The translations under genes were made by a program, and so were the position numbers. Shown piece after piece: positions 52,454 through 61,343 of a stretch of DNA of 64,000 nt; within the stretch, counting starts at the first letter, position 1; every line of letters begins with the position of its first letter. The notes below the pieces were generated by a model, which was not told the origin of the DNA, did no database searches, and saw only the letters and a list, made by a program, of their open reading frames with translations. Source of the DNA: an uncultured Acidobacteriota bacterium (lineage in GTDB: Bacteria; Acidobacteriota; Thermoanaerobaculia; UBA5066; Gp7-AA6); assembly GCA_963764715.1 (NCBI GenBank), contig CAVXTP010000010.1, positions 192,001 to 256,000 on the forward strand, written 5' to 3'.

Positions 52454-53767
52454 TTGAGACAGCGACACCGCGTTCTGGCCCCGCTCTGCCTGGCCCTGGC
52501 GGTCGCGGGCCTTCTCGTCACCGCTCCGGCGTTTCCTTCGGGCTTTCAGGTCATGACCCACGGCGCGCGCGCGACGGGCATGGGCCTCGCGTACGCGGGC
52601 GTCGGGGGCGACCCGACGGCGATCTTCTTCAACCCCGCGGGCATCGGCTGGATGAATCACTTCGAGGGCTACGTCGGCGCGAACTTCCTGACGCGCACCG
52701 AGGGCCAGGTCGACGGCGCCAACCCGTACCCCGGCGAGGGCTCGGTCGCCCTGATGCAGAAGAACTGGTACTTCTTCCCCGACGGGTACCTCGTGCTGCC
52801 GCTGACCGAGGAGCTCAACCTCGGCCTCGGCGGTTTCGCGAACTACGGCCTCGGGCTGAAGTGGCAGGACCCGAACGGCAGCTACAACGGCATGTTCATC
52901 TCGCAGAACGCGGTGATCCAGTCGTACGACACCAACCTGGTCTTCTCCTACCGCCTGTTCCCGCAGCTCTCGATCGCGGCCGGCGTCGTCTACCGGTTCT
53001 CGAAGGTCCAGCTCGAGCGCAACCAGGGGGCCATCAACCCGTTCACGGGGGCAGTCGTCCCGGTCGCGCACGTCAAGCTCAACAGCGACCTGCTCGACAA
53101 CGGCGGCTGGGGCTGGAACGTCGGGCTCATGTTCAAGCCCGTCGAGTCGATCTCGATCGGCGCGGCGTACCGGGCGAGCATCAACGTCGACTACGAGGGC
53201 GAGGCGACCTTCACGCAGCGGCCGACGGGCAACCCCGTCCTCGACGCCGCGGTCGCGGCCGCGCTGCCGACCGGCAACCCGCCCGTGACGACCGCGATCG
53301 ACTTCCCGTCGAGCCTGAATCTCGGCGTCGGAATCCAGCTCCCGGCCGGCTTCCTCCTCGCGCTCGAGGCGGACTGGACGGAGTGGTCGAAGTTCAACGC
53401 CCTCGCGATCAACTTCCCGACGCTGCCGAGCCGGAACATCCTGCGCATCACGAACTGGTCGGACACCTGGGCCTACCGCGTCGGCCTCGAGAAGTCCTTC
53501 GGGGAATGGGCGATCCGCGGAGGCTACTACTACGACAACACGCCCCAGCCCGACTTCGACGTCAGCCCGCTGCTGCCGGACAACGACCGCAACGTCTACA
53601 CCGCCGGGTTCGGCTACAACACGGAGCGCTGGGGCTTCGACGTCGGCGCCGCGTGGATTGCGTTCAAGGATCGGCCGATCCTCACGCCGCCCCAGACCGA
53701 CAACTACTTCGGAACGTACTCGGAGACCGGCCTCGTCCTGACGGCCGGCATCCGCCTGGCCCTGTAA
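52454..53767 (+). CDS. OmpP1/FadL family outer membrane transporter
   Basis: SGFQV..GARATGMG.A, DPTAIFFNPAG, LPDNDR motifs; GGAGG RBS before TTG. Confidence 0.88.
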   Translation: MRQRHRVLAPLCLALAVAGLLVTAPAFPSGFQVMTHGARATGMGLAYAGVGGDPTAIFFNPAGIGWMNHFEGYVGANFLTRTEGQVDGANPYPGEGSVALMQKNWYFFPDGYLVLPLTEELNLGLGGFANYGLGLKWQDPNGSYNGMFISQNAVIQSYDTNLVFSYRLFPQLSIAAGVVYRFSKVQLERNQGAINPFTGAVVPVAHVKLNSDLLDNGGWGWNVGLMFKPVESISIGAAYRASINVDYEGEATFTQRPTGNPVLDAAVAAALPTGNPPVTTAIDFPSSLNLGVGIQLPAGFLLALEADWTEWSKFNALAINFPTLPSRNILRITNWSDTWAYRVGLEKSFGEWAIRGGYYYDNTPQPDFDVSPLLPDNDRNVYTAGFGYNTERWGFDVGAAWIAFKDRPILTPPQTDNYFGTYSETGLVLTAGIRLAL

Positions 53768-53780
53768 GGGGAGACAAGCG

Positions 53781-55238
53781 ATGAACCAGAAAACTCTCCG
53801 CTCCCTCGCTTTGGCCGCCGGCGTCTGCGTCCTGGCGGCCGCTCCGGCCCTCGCGCAGTTCGATCACTACGTCGCGCTCGGCGACTCCCTGACGGCGGGC
53901 GTCGAGGGCAACTGCCTCGTCCAGCGCAACCAGGAGAGCTCGTTCGCGGCGGTCATCGCCGGGCAGCTCCACCAGGCGGACTTTCAGCAGCCGCTGGTCC
54001 AGGAGCTCGCCCTGACGAGCCCGCTCGTCGGCAATCCGTGCCTCGGCGCCGTGTTCATCCCGCCGTCCACCATCACGGTCGGCAACATCTCGCAGCAGGG
54101 AGCGCCGCTGAACTCGCTGCTGGCCCGGCCGTACGACAACCTCGGGCTTCCGGGCGCCCATGTCGCCGATCTCATCGACATCACGCATGCCAATCCCAAC
54201 GGCACCACCGCCGAGCAGTTCGCGGCGCTCGTGCTGCGTAACGTGCCGGGCTCGCCGTTCGACGGGGCCAACGCCGTCACCGAGGCCAACGCCCTGGCGC
54301 CCGACCTGATCACGCTCTGGATCGGCACGAACGACGTTCTCCCGGCCGCCCTTTCGGGGGTCTTCGTGCCCGGCGTGACGGTGACGCCCGAGGCGGAGTT
54401 CAGCCAGGACTACGCGGCGGTACTTGCCGCCATCGCGGTCTCGGGCCGGACCATCGTCGCGGGCAACGTACCGGAGCTCACCGCGATCCCCTTCACGACG
54501 ACGGTTCCGTCGCGGCTCACGACCCCGGTCGGCTCCGTGGCGGTTCTCGGGCCCGGCAACGCGACGTATCCCTGCGTGCCGGTCGCGCCGGACCAGGGCT
54601 GCCCGGTGCCCGACGGGACCCTCGTCACGCTGCCGGCCTCGTCCCTGCTCGCCCAGGGCATCGGTGTGCCGGTCGCTCTCGGCGGAACCGGGATCCCGCT
54701 GCCGGACGGCCGGTTCACGGGAACGGCCGTTGTTCCCGGCGTCCTGCTCTACCCGGATGAGGTGGCGCAGATCACGGCGCTCATCGAGTCGTACAACGCC
54801 ACGATCGCGACGCAGATCGCGGGCGTCGGAGGCTTCCTCGTGGATCTCCACGCCGTCTTCGACGAAGTGAGCGTCCATGGCTACGAGATCGGCGGTTTCC
54901 TGCTGACGTCGCAGTTCCTGTCGGGCGGCCTCTTTTCGGCCGACGGCTTCCATCCCTCCTCGATCGGCTACACGATCGCCGCCGACGAGTTCATCGGCGT
55001 GATGAACGCGGAGCTCGGGCTCGAGATCCCGCGCCCGAACCTCAGCACCGTGCTCTTCACCCCGAACGTGCCGCAGACCGGTTCGGGAGTCCGCGACGGC
55101 GGCCGCTACCACTACGACCTGGCGATGTGGGAGAAGCTCCTGACGACCACGAACGCGGCCCGGGGCTATGCCCTCCAGATGCCGGAGACCGACCGGGTTC
55201 CGGCCCGCCGCGGTCCCCGCGTCGTGACCCGCGACTGA
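53781..55238 (+). CDS. Secreted SGNH/GDSL hydrolase
   Basis: YVALGDSLTAG, NLGLPG, WIGTND, DGFHP catalytic blocks; signal peptide. Confidence 0.85.
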   Translation: MNQKTLRSLALAAGVCVLAAAPALAQFDHYVALGDSLTAGVEGNCLVQRNQESSFAAVIAGQLHQADFQQPLVQELALTSPLVGNPCLGAVFIPPSTITVGNISQQGAPLNSLLARPYDNLGLPGAHVADLIDITHANPNGTTAEQFAALVLRNVPGSPFDGANAVTEANALAPDLITLWIGTNDVLPAALSGVFVPGVTVTPEAEFSQDYAAVLAAIAVSGRTIVAGNVPELTAIPFTTTVPSRLTTPVGSVAVLGPGNATYPCVPVAPDQGCPVPDGTLVTLPASSLLAQGIGVPVALGGTGIPLPDGRFTGTAVVPGVLLYPDEVAQITALIESYNATIATQIAGVGGFLVDLHAVFDEVSVHGYEIGGFLLTSQFLSGGLFSADGFHPSSIGYTIAADEFIGVMNAELGLEIPRPNLSTVLFTPNVPQTGSGVRDGGRYHYDLAMWEKLLTTTNAARGYALQMPETDRVPARRGPRVVTRD

Positions 55239-55261
55239 CCCGCGTCCGCCCTGGAATTCCG

Positions 55262-55292
55262 GCCCCGGGGTCGCCCCCCGGGGCTTTTTCTT
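55262..55292 (+). terminator. Rho-independent terminator
   Basis: GCCCCGGGG-tcgcc-CCCCGGGGC stem followed by TTTTTCTT. Confidence 0.8.
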
Positions 55293-55384
55293 CGGCTCGC
55301 GGCCCGGGGCAGGCGGCCGGCCCCGGCTGGACGGCTCCCGCCGCTTCTGCTAGATTTCGCCGTCTTTTTCGAGGGGTGGTTCCT

Positions 55385-55948
55385 ATGGCGATGATTCCGG
55401 CGACTCAGCTTCGGAGCGGCATGCTCATCATCCACAACGGCGAGCTGCACCGCGTCCACGACATGGTCCACAAGACCCCGGGCAACCTCCGGGGCTTCGT
55501 CCAGGCCAAGATGCGCAACGTCCGTTCGGGCTCGATGAACGAGCACCGGTTCGGCTCGACCGACCGGGTCGAGAAGGCCTCGCTCGACGAGCGGGAGATG
55601 GAATACCTGTATTCCGACGCGGCCGGCCACCATTTCATGGACCAGACGTCCTACGACCAGCTCACGCTGTCGGACGAGGTGATCGGCGAGCAGATGAAGT
55701 ACCTGCTGCCGAACACCGTCATCCACGTCGATTTCTACGAGGAGAACCCGGTCGGGATCGAGCTTCCGAACACCGTGACGCTCAAGGTGACCGAGACGCA
55801 GCCCGGCATGAAAGGCGCGACGGCGTCGGCCTCCTACAAGCCCGCGACACTCGAGACGGGCCTCCAGGTGATGGTGCCGCAGTTCGTCGAAGCGGGCGTG
55901 CGGATCAAGGTCGACACGCGCGACAACAGCTACCTCGAGAGGGCGTAA
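55385..55948 (+). CDS. efp: Translation elongation factor P (Asn at tip position 34)
   Basis: YLYSD, FMD..SYDQ, KGATA, KPATLETG, VPQFV, KVDTR motifs; loop sequence TPGNLRG. Confidence 0.93.
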   Translation: MAMIPATQLRSGMLIIHNGELHRVHDMVHKTPGNLRGFVQAKMRNVRSGSMNEHRFGSTDRVEKASLDEREMEYLYSDAAGHHFMDQTSYDQLTLSDEVIGEQMKYLLPNTVIHVDFYEENPVGIELPNTVTLKVTETQPGMKGATASASYKPATLETGLQVMVPQFVEAGVRIKVDTRDNSYLERA

Positions 55949-56032
55949 CCAGCGTCTCGACCGTACGCTATCCCCGAGCGCCGCGGGTATGCTGATTCAG
56001 CATAACCCACAGATTCCCAAGGACTTTTTTGG

Positions 56033-56061
56033 TTGACGGCCCTCCGGTCCCTTCGGATAAT
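56033..56061 (+). promoter_or_regulatory. Sigma70-type promoter of the M23 gene (probably leaderless)
   Basis: TTGACG-N17-GATAAT, 7 nt before the in-frame GTG at 56069. Confidence 0.6.
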
Positions 56062-56068
56062 CCCCTTC

Positions 56069-56995
56069 GTGCGTAAGGCGTCGGTCATTCCGGCGGCTGC
56101 TCTGGCCGCCGTTTTCATTTTCGCAATCCCGTCCTCTTCCGAGGGGAGGAGCGCGACGGCCTCCGGCCACCGCACGGCGTCGCGGAGCGGCGGCGCCCAG
56201 GCCCACAAGGGCGCCCACCCGTCCACGACGACCCGCAGGAAGGCCCGCAAGGCGGGGTCGGGAGCGGCGTCCGTCGGCCGGGTTGCCGTCCGAACGCTCG
56301 AGCCCTATGGACCGTTCCTGCCGCTGGAGGTCGTCGACTATCCCCGTCCGCTCTGCGAGCCGGTCGACGTCGTCCTCGAGGCCCACGTCCACGAGACCGA
56401 TGCGGAGACGCCCGAGCCGGAGACCATCGCGGACGACATGCCCGAGGAGCTGCCCGGGACCCTCGTCCGGGCGGCCCGGAGCTTCGGATCGTTCCTGCGG
56501 CCCAAGTCCTCCCAGTCGAGGATGCGCCCCGAGGACGTCGATCTTTCGGACCTCATGACGGCCGGGGTCCGGATCCCGGTGGAGGGCGTGGACGCGAGCC
56601 GCCTGCGGGACTCCTTCCTGAACTCGCGTGGCCGGCACCGGCAGCATCTGGCGATCGACATCGGCGCCCCGAAGGGCACCCCGGTCCTGGCCGCCGCCGA
56701 CGGCGAGATCGTTCGCCTGCGCCGCGAGAAGCGGGGCGGCATCTCCCTGTACCAGAAGGACCCCAGCGGCAAGTTCCTGCTGTTCTACTGCCACCTTTCG
56801 CGGTACGCGAAGGGCATGAAGGCCGGGTCCCGGGTCTCCAAGGGCGACGTCATTGCCTACGTCGGAAGCACGGGCCACGTGATCGGCGGGGCCCACCTGC
56901 ACTTCTCGATCACCCGCATGCCGGAGGACGACGACAACTTCAAGGCCGGCGTCGCGATCAATCCGTATCTGCTGTTCCTGGCCTCGGTACAGTAG
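56069..56995 (+). CDS. M23 family peptidoglycan metallopeptidase
   Basis: Signal peptide, HLAIDI (HxxxD), YCHL, GSTG, HLHF (HxH), INPY. Confidence 0.88.
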   Translation: MRKASVIPAAALAAVFIFAIPSSSEGRSATASGHRTASRSGGAQAHKGAHPSTTTRRKARKAGSGAASVGRVAVRTLEPYGPFLPLEVVDYPRPLCEPVDVVLEAHVHETDAETPEPETIADDMPEELPGTLVRAARSFGSFLRPKSSQSRMRPEDVDLSDLMTAGVRIPVEGVDASRLRDSFLNSRGRHRQHLAIDIGAPKGTPVLAAADGEIVRLRREKRGGISLYQKDPSGKFLLFYCHLSRYAKGMKAGSRVSKGDVIAYVGSTGHVIGGAHLHFSITRMPEDDDNFKAGVAINPYLLFLASVQ

Positions 56996-57033
56996 AACCC
57001 TGCTCGCGACCGCTTCCAAGGCGGCTTTTCGAG

Positions 57034-57123
57034 GGGGTCAGGTCTTCATTTTTCGGATTTCAGATCGGGCATCGCTTCAGCTAACGTTGGCCGAAATCCC
57101 GAAAAAAGTGAAGACCTGACCCC
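57034..57123. mobile_element. 90-bp REP-doublet/MITE-like element with long terminal inverted repeats
   Basis: GGGGTCAGGTCTTCATTTTTCGGATTTC ... GAAATCCCGAAAAAAGTGAAGACCTGACCCC; AT-rich relative to its flanks. Confidence 0.6.
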
Positions 57124-57141
57124 GAGCCCGGCTTCAGCCGC

Positions 57142-60100
57142 CTACACCCGGCGGGGGTCTTCGAGGCGGAAGAGGCGGTCCATCCAGAGGTTGGTCAACT
57201 TTTCGGACACGGTGTTCTGGCGCAGGCGCGCGGCGAGGTTGCCCCAGTCCATCTCGTCGAGCTTCTGGTCCTGGTTGAAGCAGGAGAAGACGATCTCCTC
57301 CCGGCCCGTGGCGGGGTCGACGTGCTTCTGGAGACACTGGGCGCAGACCTCTTTCATCATGCACTGCATCGGGGAGTTGATCGAGGCGATCCCGACGTGG
57401 CCCGGCGAGAGGTGCGCGGCCAGGGCGTCCTTGCGGGCCCGCGCCACGGCCGCCATCATGCGGTCCGAGCCGATCACGATCAGGCGCTCCACGGTCGAGA
57501 GCGGGATCGTGACCTCGCCCAGCCGTCCCGTGGCGTAGGCCACCATGGCCTCGACGATGTTGCCGACGAAGCTGCGGTCGGACGCGCGGCGCGCCGGGAT
57601 GGCCTCGCCGCGGTCGACGGAGAGCACCAGCACGTCCGCCGCCGCCTCGAGCTCCGCGCGCTTGTAGAAGTCCTCGGCCTTCTTGTAACCGGCGAAGTAG
57701 ATGACCCGGTTGTTGCGGGCCCGGGCCTTCTTGCCGATCGAAAAGAGCACGGCGTTGCCGAGGCCTCCCCCGGCGAGCATCACGGTCGAGTTCTCCGGAA
57801 GCTCCGTGGCGGCGCCCGTCGGGCCCATGGCGACGACCGGCTCGCCGGGCCGGAGAACCGAGCAGAGGCGGGTCGAGCCCCCGATCTCGAGGGCGATCAT
57901 CGAGAGCAGACCCTTCTCCGGGTCGACCCAGGCGCCCGTCAGGGCGCAGGGCTCGATGAGGAGCGGCGATCCCGCGATGCGGGGCGCTCGCGACTCGAGG
58001 TTCTGGAGCCGGAAGAACTGGCCGGGCTCGAAGTTGCGGACCGCGGCGGGCGCCCGGACGACGACCTCGATGATCGTGGGCGTCAGTCGGTGGACGTCGA
58101 CGACCTCGGCGGACAGGTCCTCGCGGATCCGCCGGGCGAAGCCGTCCCACTCGGCGTCGGGCCGGACCGCGTCGCGCGGCCCGTCGAGCACCTCGACGAT
58201 GGCCCGGTAGCCGTTGCGCGCCGAGGCCATCGCCTTGACGACGTTTCCGTTGTAGGCGGGGTGGTTGTCGCCGAAGAAGGTGACGAACCGGCCGCGGCGC
58301 GCGTAGCCGGTGAAGAAGGCCGTCTCGTCTTCGGGATGCGCCGGCTCCAGGCGGAAGCCGTCGCCCGAGCGCACCGCGCGGTGGGGAGCGAAGAAACGCC
58401 GCTTGGCGTCGAGCGGGAAGGCGTCCGGAAACTCCTTCGCGTAGGTGATGTTCGGCGTCGTCCCGGCGGCCACGAGGCAGGTGCGCGCCGCGAGCTCGAC
58501 GGTCTCGCCCGAGCCTCCGCGCAGGAACCGCACCGCCTTCAGCTTCCCGTGCTCGTCGGGGACCGCTTCCTGCGGCTCGAGGCCCTCGATGAAGGAGATT
58601 CCCTCCTGGAGGGCCTTGATGATCTCTTCGTGGTTCAGCCGGTACGCGGGGGAGTCCTCCATCATCCGGCGATACGCGATCGAGACGCCGCCCCAGGCGC
58701 GGCAGAGGCGCGCGAGGTCCGGAAGCTCCCCGGCGGCGTGGGCCCGCTGCCGCTCCTTGTGGACGGCGAGGCCGTGGGCGAGCAGCCGGTCGAGGATGTC
58801 CCGTTCCTCGGGATCGAAGGTGGCCCGGACGGCGTCTTCGCCCTTTTCCGCGCAGAGGGCCTGGTACCGGGCGAGCGTCTTCTCCGCCTGGAGCGGGTAG
58901 TACGCCAGCAGCTCCGTCGCCGTGTCGATCGCCGTGAGCCCGCCGCCGATGACGACGGCCGGCAGCTCCATCTGCAGGTTGGCGAGGGCCTCTTCCTTGA
59001 AGGCGCCGGTCAACTGGAGCGCCATCAGGAAGTCCGAAGCCTTGCGGACCCCGCGCATGATGTTGTTCTTCATCGGGATGATCGTCGGGCGGCCGGCGCC
59101 GGCGGCGATCGCGACGTGGTCGAACCCGGCGTCGAAGGCCTGCTCGGCCGACAGCGCCCCGCCGAAGCGCACGCCCCCGAGGATCTCGAAGCGGCGGCGG
59201 CGAGCGAGGGTCAGGTGGATCAGCGTCAAGAAATTCTTGTCCCACCGCACGGTGATGCCGTACTCCGACACGCCGCCGAAGCCGGCGAGGGGACGCTCGT
59301 CGAGCGGGACCGCGATCTCGGACCAGTCGCGGACCGGCCGGATGCCGCCGCCGTCCTGCCCGGTCAGGTCGGCCGGGAGCGGCTCGATCTTCAGGCCGTC
59401 GATCCCGACGACCCCGCAGCCTTCGTTGAGGAGGTAGTGGGCCAGGGTGTAGCCCGCCGGGCCGAGGCCGACCACGAGGACCTTCCGGCCCGTGTACGGC
59501 CGGGCGACCGGCCGGAGCGGGTTGAGCGGGTTCCAGCGCGTCAGGAGGCCGTAGATCTCGACGCCCCACGGCAGCTCCAGAACGTCCGTCACGACGCCCG
59601 TCTCGATCTGCGGAATGTTGACGGGCTCCTGCTTCTGGAAGATGCAGCCCTTCATGCAGTCGTTGCAGATGCGATGGCCCGTGCCGGGGCACATGGGGTT
59701 GTCGATCGCGACGAGCGCCAGTGCGCCGATCGAGTCGCCTTCGCGCCGGAGCTGGTGCATCTCCGAGATCTTCTCGTCGAGGGGGCAGCCCTTCAGCGGG
59801 ATTCCGAGCGGATTCTTCTGCCAGGCCGAGGTCTTCGCGTCGACGAACCCCTTCGAGCAGGAGTCCTTCTCGCGCTCGTGGCAGAGCAGGCAGTAGTGGG
59901 TTTCTCCGAGCACCTCGCGCGAGGTCATCCGCGGATCGGTCAGGCGGAATCCCTCCCGGCGGCGGTGGCCGCGGGCGGGGCCGATGCGCTCCTCGGGCAG
60001 CGCCGGGTTGGGCCGCCGGGTCTCGACGAGGTTCTGGTAGTCGAGGTTCTCGGGCAGCCGGAAGGACGTCCAGCGTTCGATCTCGTGAACGAGCGCGGGA

Positions 60101-60816
60101 TGCTCGCGCCGCAGGTGGCACCAGAGCGCATATTTTTCGAGGAGCTCCTGGACGAAGAGGAGAAGGTCCTCGTCCGACTCGCCGCGGGCGCGCGGTGTGG
60201 CGGGGCCCGAGACGCGGCGCGCCAGCCGGCGGGCCTCGTCCCGGGAGGCCGCGGGGACCTCGGGGACCTTCTTCTGCCGGAGCGCGGCGATGAAGTCGGC
60301 CTCGACGTCGAGGAGCCCGGACGCCATGCGGGAGGTCGCGAGCTCCGGGTCCGTGCCCCAGGGCAGGTCCGGGTGCAGGTCCCGCTCGATCGCCCGCGCG
60401 ACCTCCCGGAGGGGCGCCGGGTCGAAGGCCGCGAGGTTCTCGGGGAGCTTCGTCTTGACGGCGCGCCGCAGGAGGAAGTCCCTTCGGAAGCGGAAGAGGA
60501 CCGCCTCCGGGCCCGCGACGGCGCCCTGTCGCCGCCACTCCGCCTCGACGCCGAAGAGCCGGGCGACGAAGGCGCCGAGCGGCCGCGCCGCGTCCACGAG
60601 GAGGCGCGAGAGGCCGAGGGCGTCGACCGACGCCGGGTCGGCCCGGTACGCCGCGAGGCGCGCATGGAGGGCCGGCTCCTCGGCGGCGAGCCCGGCGAGG
60701 AAGGCGGCGTCGAGATCGGCCAGCCGGTCCTCGCGGTGGAGGTCCTGGTAGGTGAAGCCCGGAATGCCGAGAGGAAAGTCCCTCCCGGCGGACGGTGGCG
60801 GCGGCGTCGTCGACAA
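57142..60816 (-). CDS. Large Fe-S flavoprotein: GltD/NfnB-like module fused to a PyrK/NfnA-like FAD/[2Fe-2S] module
   Basis: CLLCH..CSKG..GCPL..CPGTGHRICNDCMKGC, VVGLGPAG, VIGGGLTAID, then PGQFFRL, AGGGLG, MQCMMKEVCAQC..FSC. TTG start inferred. Confidence 0.82.
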   Translation of the reverse strand: MSTTPPPPSAGRDFPLGIPGFTYQDLHREDRLADLDAAFLAGLAAEEPALHARLAAYRADPASVDALGLSRLLVDAARPLGAFVARLFGVEAEWRRQGAVAGPEAVLFRFRRDFLLRRAVKTKLPENLAAFDPAPLREVARAIERDLHPDLPWGTDPELATSRMASGLLDVEADFIAALRQKKVPEVPAASRDEARRLARRVSGPATPRARGESDEDLLLFVQELLEKYALWCHLRREHPALVHEIERWTSFRLPENLDYQNLVETRRPNPALPEERIGPARGHRRREGFRLTDPRMTSREVLGETHYCLLCHEREKDSCSKGFVDAKTSAWQKNPLGIPLKGCPLDEKISEMHQLRREGDSIGALALVAIDNPMCPGTGHRICNDCMKGCIFQKQEPVNIPQIETGVVTDVLELPWGVEIYGLLTRWNPLNPLRPVARPYTGRKVLVVGLGPAGYTLAHYLLNEGCGVVGIDGLKIEPLPADLTGQDGGGIRPVRDWSEIAVPLDERPLAGFGGVSEYGITVRWDKNFLTLIHLTLARRRRFEILGGVRFGGALSAEQAFDAGFDHVAIAAGAGRPTIIPMKNNIMRGVRKASDFLMALQLTGAFKEEALANLQMELPAVVIGGGLTAIDTATELLAYYPLQAEKTLARYQALCAEKGEDAVRATFDPEERDILDRLLAHGLAVHKERQRAHAAGELPDLARLCRAWGGVSIAYRRMMEDSPAYRLNHEEIIKALQEGISFIEGLEPQEAVPDEHGKLKAVRFLRGGSGETVELAARTCLVAAGTTPNITYAKEFPDAFPLDAKRRFFAPHRAVRSGDGFRLEPAHPEDETAFFTGYARRGRFVTFFGDNHPAYNGNVVKAMASARNGYRAIVEVLDGPRDAVRPDAEWDGFARRIREDLSAEVVDVHRLTPTIIEVVVRAPAAVRNFEPGQFFRLQNLESRAPRIAGSPLLIEPCALTGAWVDPEKGLLSMIALEIGGSTRLCSVLRPGEPVVAMGPTGAATELPENSTVMLAGGGLGNAVLFSIGKKARARNNRVIYFAGYKKAEDFYKRAELEAAADVLVLSVDRGEAIPARRASDRSFVGNIVEAMVAYATGRLGEVTIPLSTVERLIVIGSDRMMAAVARARKDALAAHLSPGHVGIASINSPMQCMMKEVCAQCLQKHVDPATGREEIVFSCFNQDQKLDEMDWGNLAARLRQNTVSEKLTNLWMDRLFRLEDPRRV

Positions 60817-60873
60817 GCCTGGGGATTGTAGCGGATCGCCGGCGGAAGTCGGCGCAGCTGAGGCGGACGCCTC

Positions 60874-60916
60874 TTGACAGCCGGCTGCCGAGATCTCAAT
60901 AATGAGAATCGTTACT
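60874..60916 (+). promoter_or_regulatory. Promoter (TTGACA-N18-AATAAT) overlapped by a Fur/Per-box-like operator
   Basis: TTGACA at 60874-60879. AATAATGAGAATCGTTACT (60898-60916) matches the Fur consensus GATAATGATAATCATTATC at 14/19. Confidence 0.65.
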
Positions 60917-60919
60917 GAT

Positions 60920-61327
60920 ATGAGCACGTCCGCGCCGTCCGCCGCCCGCCGCTCGACCCGCCAGCGGCGTCTCGTCTACGAGGCCGTGATGGCGACCGAC
61001 TCGCATCCCACGGCCGAATGGGTCTACGAAGCGGTGCGCCGCGCGGCGCCGCGCATCTCGCTCGGCACCGTCTACCGCAACCTCCAGGTGCTGGTCGAGG
61101 AGGGCCGCCTGCGGTCCTTCACACGCAACGGGCGCATCCGCTACGACGGCGACGTGTCGCCGCACGACCACTTCGCGTGCGACGGCTGCGGGCTTCTGCT
61201 CGACATCCCCCGGGCCGGCGGCGTGCTTTCGGCCGAGCGCCGGCTCAAGGCCCGCGGTTTCGCCGTCACGGGCCGGACCCTCGAATTTCACGGACTGTGC
61301 CGGAGTTGCCGGCACGGCCTCAAATAA
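60920..61327 (+). CDS. Fur family regulator, PerR-like
   Basis: STRQR, HPTAE, TVYRNL, RYD..HDH..CDGC..LD (PerR-type His/Asp ligand set), C-terminal CRSC. Confidence 0.85.
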   Translation: MSTSAPSAARRSTRQRRLVYEAVMATDSHPTAEWVYEAVRRAAPRISLGTVYRNLQVLVEEGRLRSFTRNGRIRYDGDVSPHDHFACDGCGLLLDIPRAGGVLSAERRLKARGFAVTGRTLEFHGLCRSCRHGLK

Positions 61328-61343
61328 CCAGGAGGAGAAGACG

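Noticed and set aside
56033-56068. ORF-track start of the M23 gene at TTG 56033
   Set aside because: That TTG is the -35 box; GTG 56069 gives a normal signal peptide.
57070-57095. attC-like sequence (GCTAACGTTGGCC) inside the inverted-repeat element
   Set aside because: Does not fit GTTRRRY, no paired R''/L boxes, and no integrase or cassette array.
60817-60927. ORF-track N-terminal extension of the large flavoprotein
   Set aside because: It would run through the divergent promoter/operator and into the regulator gene.
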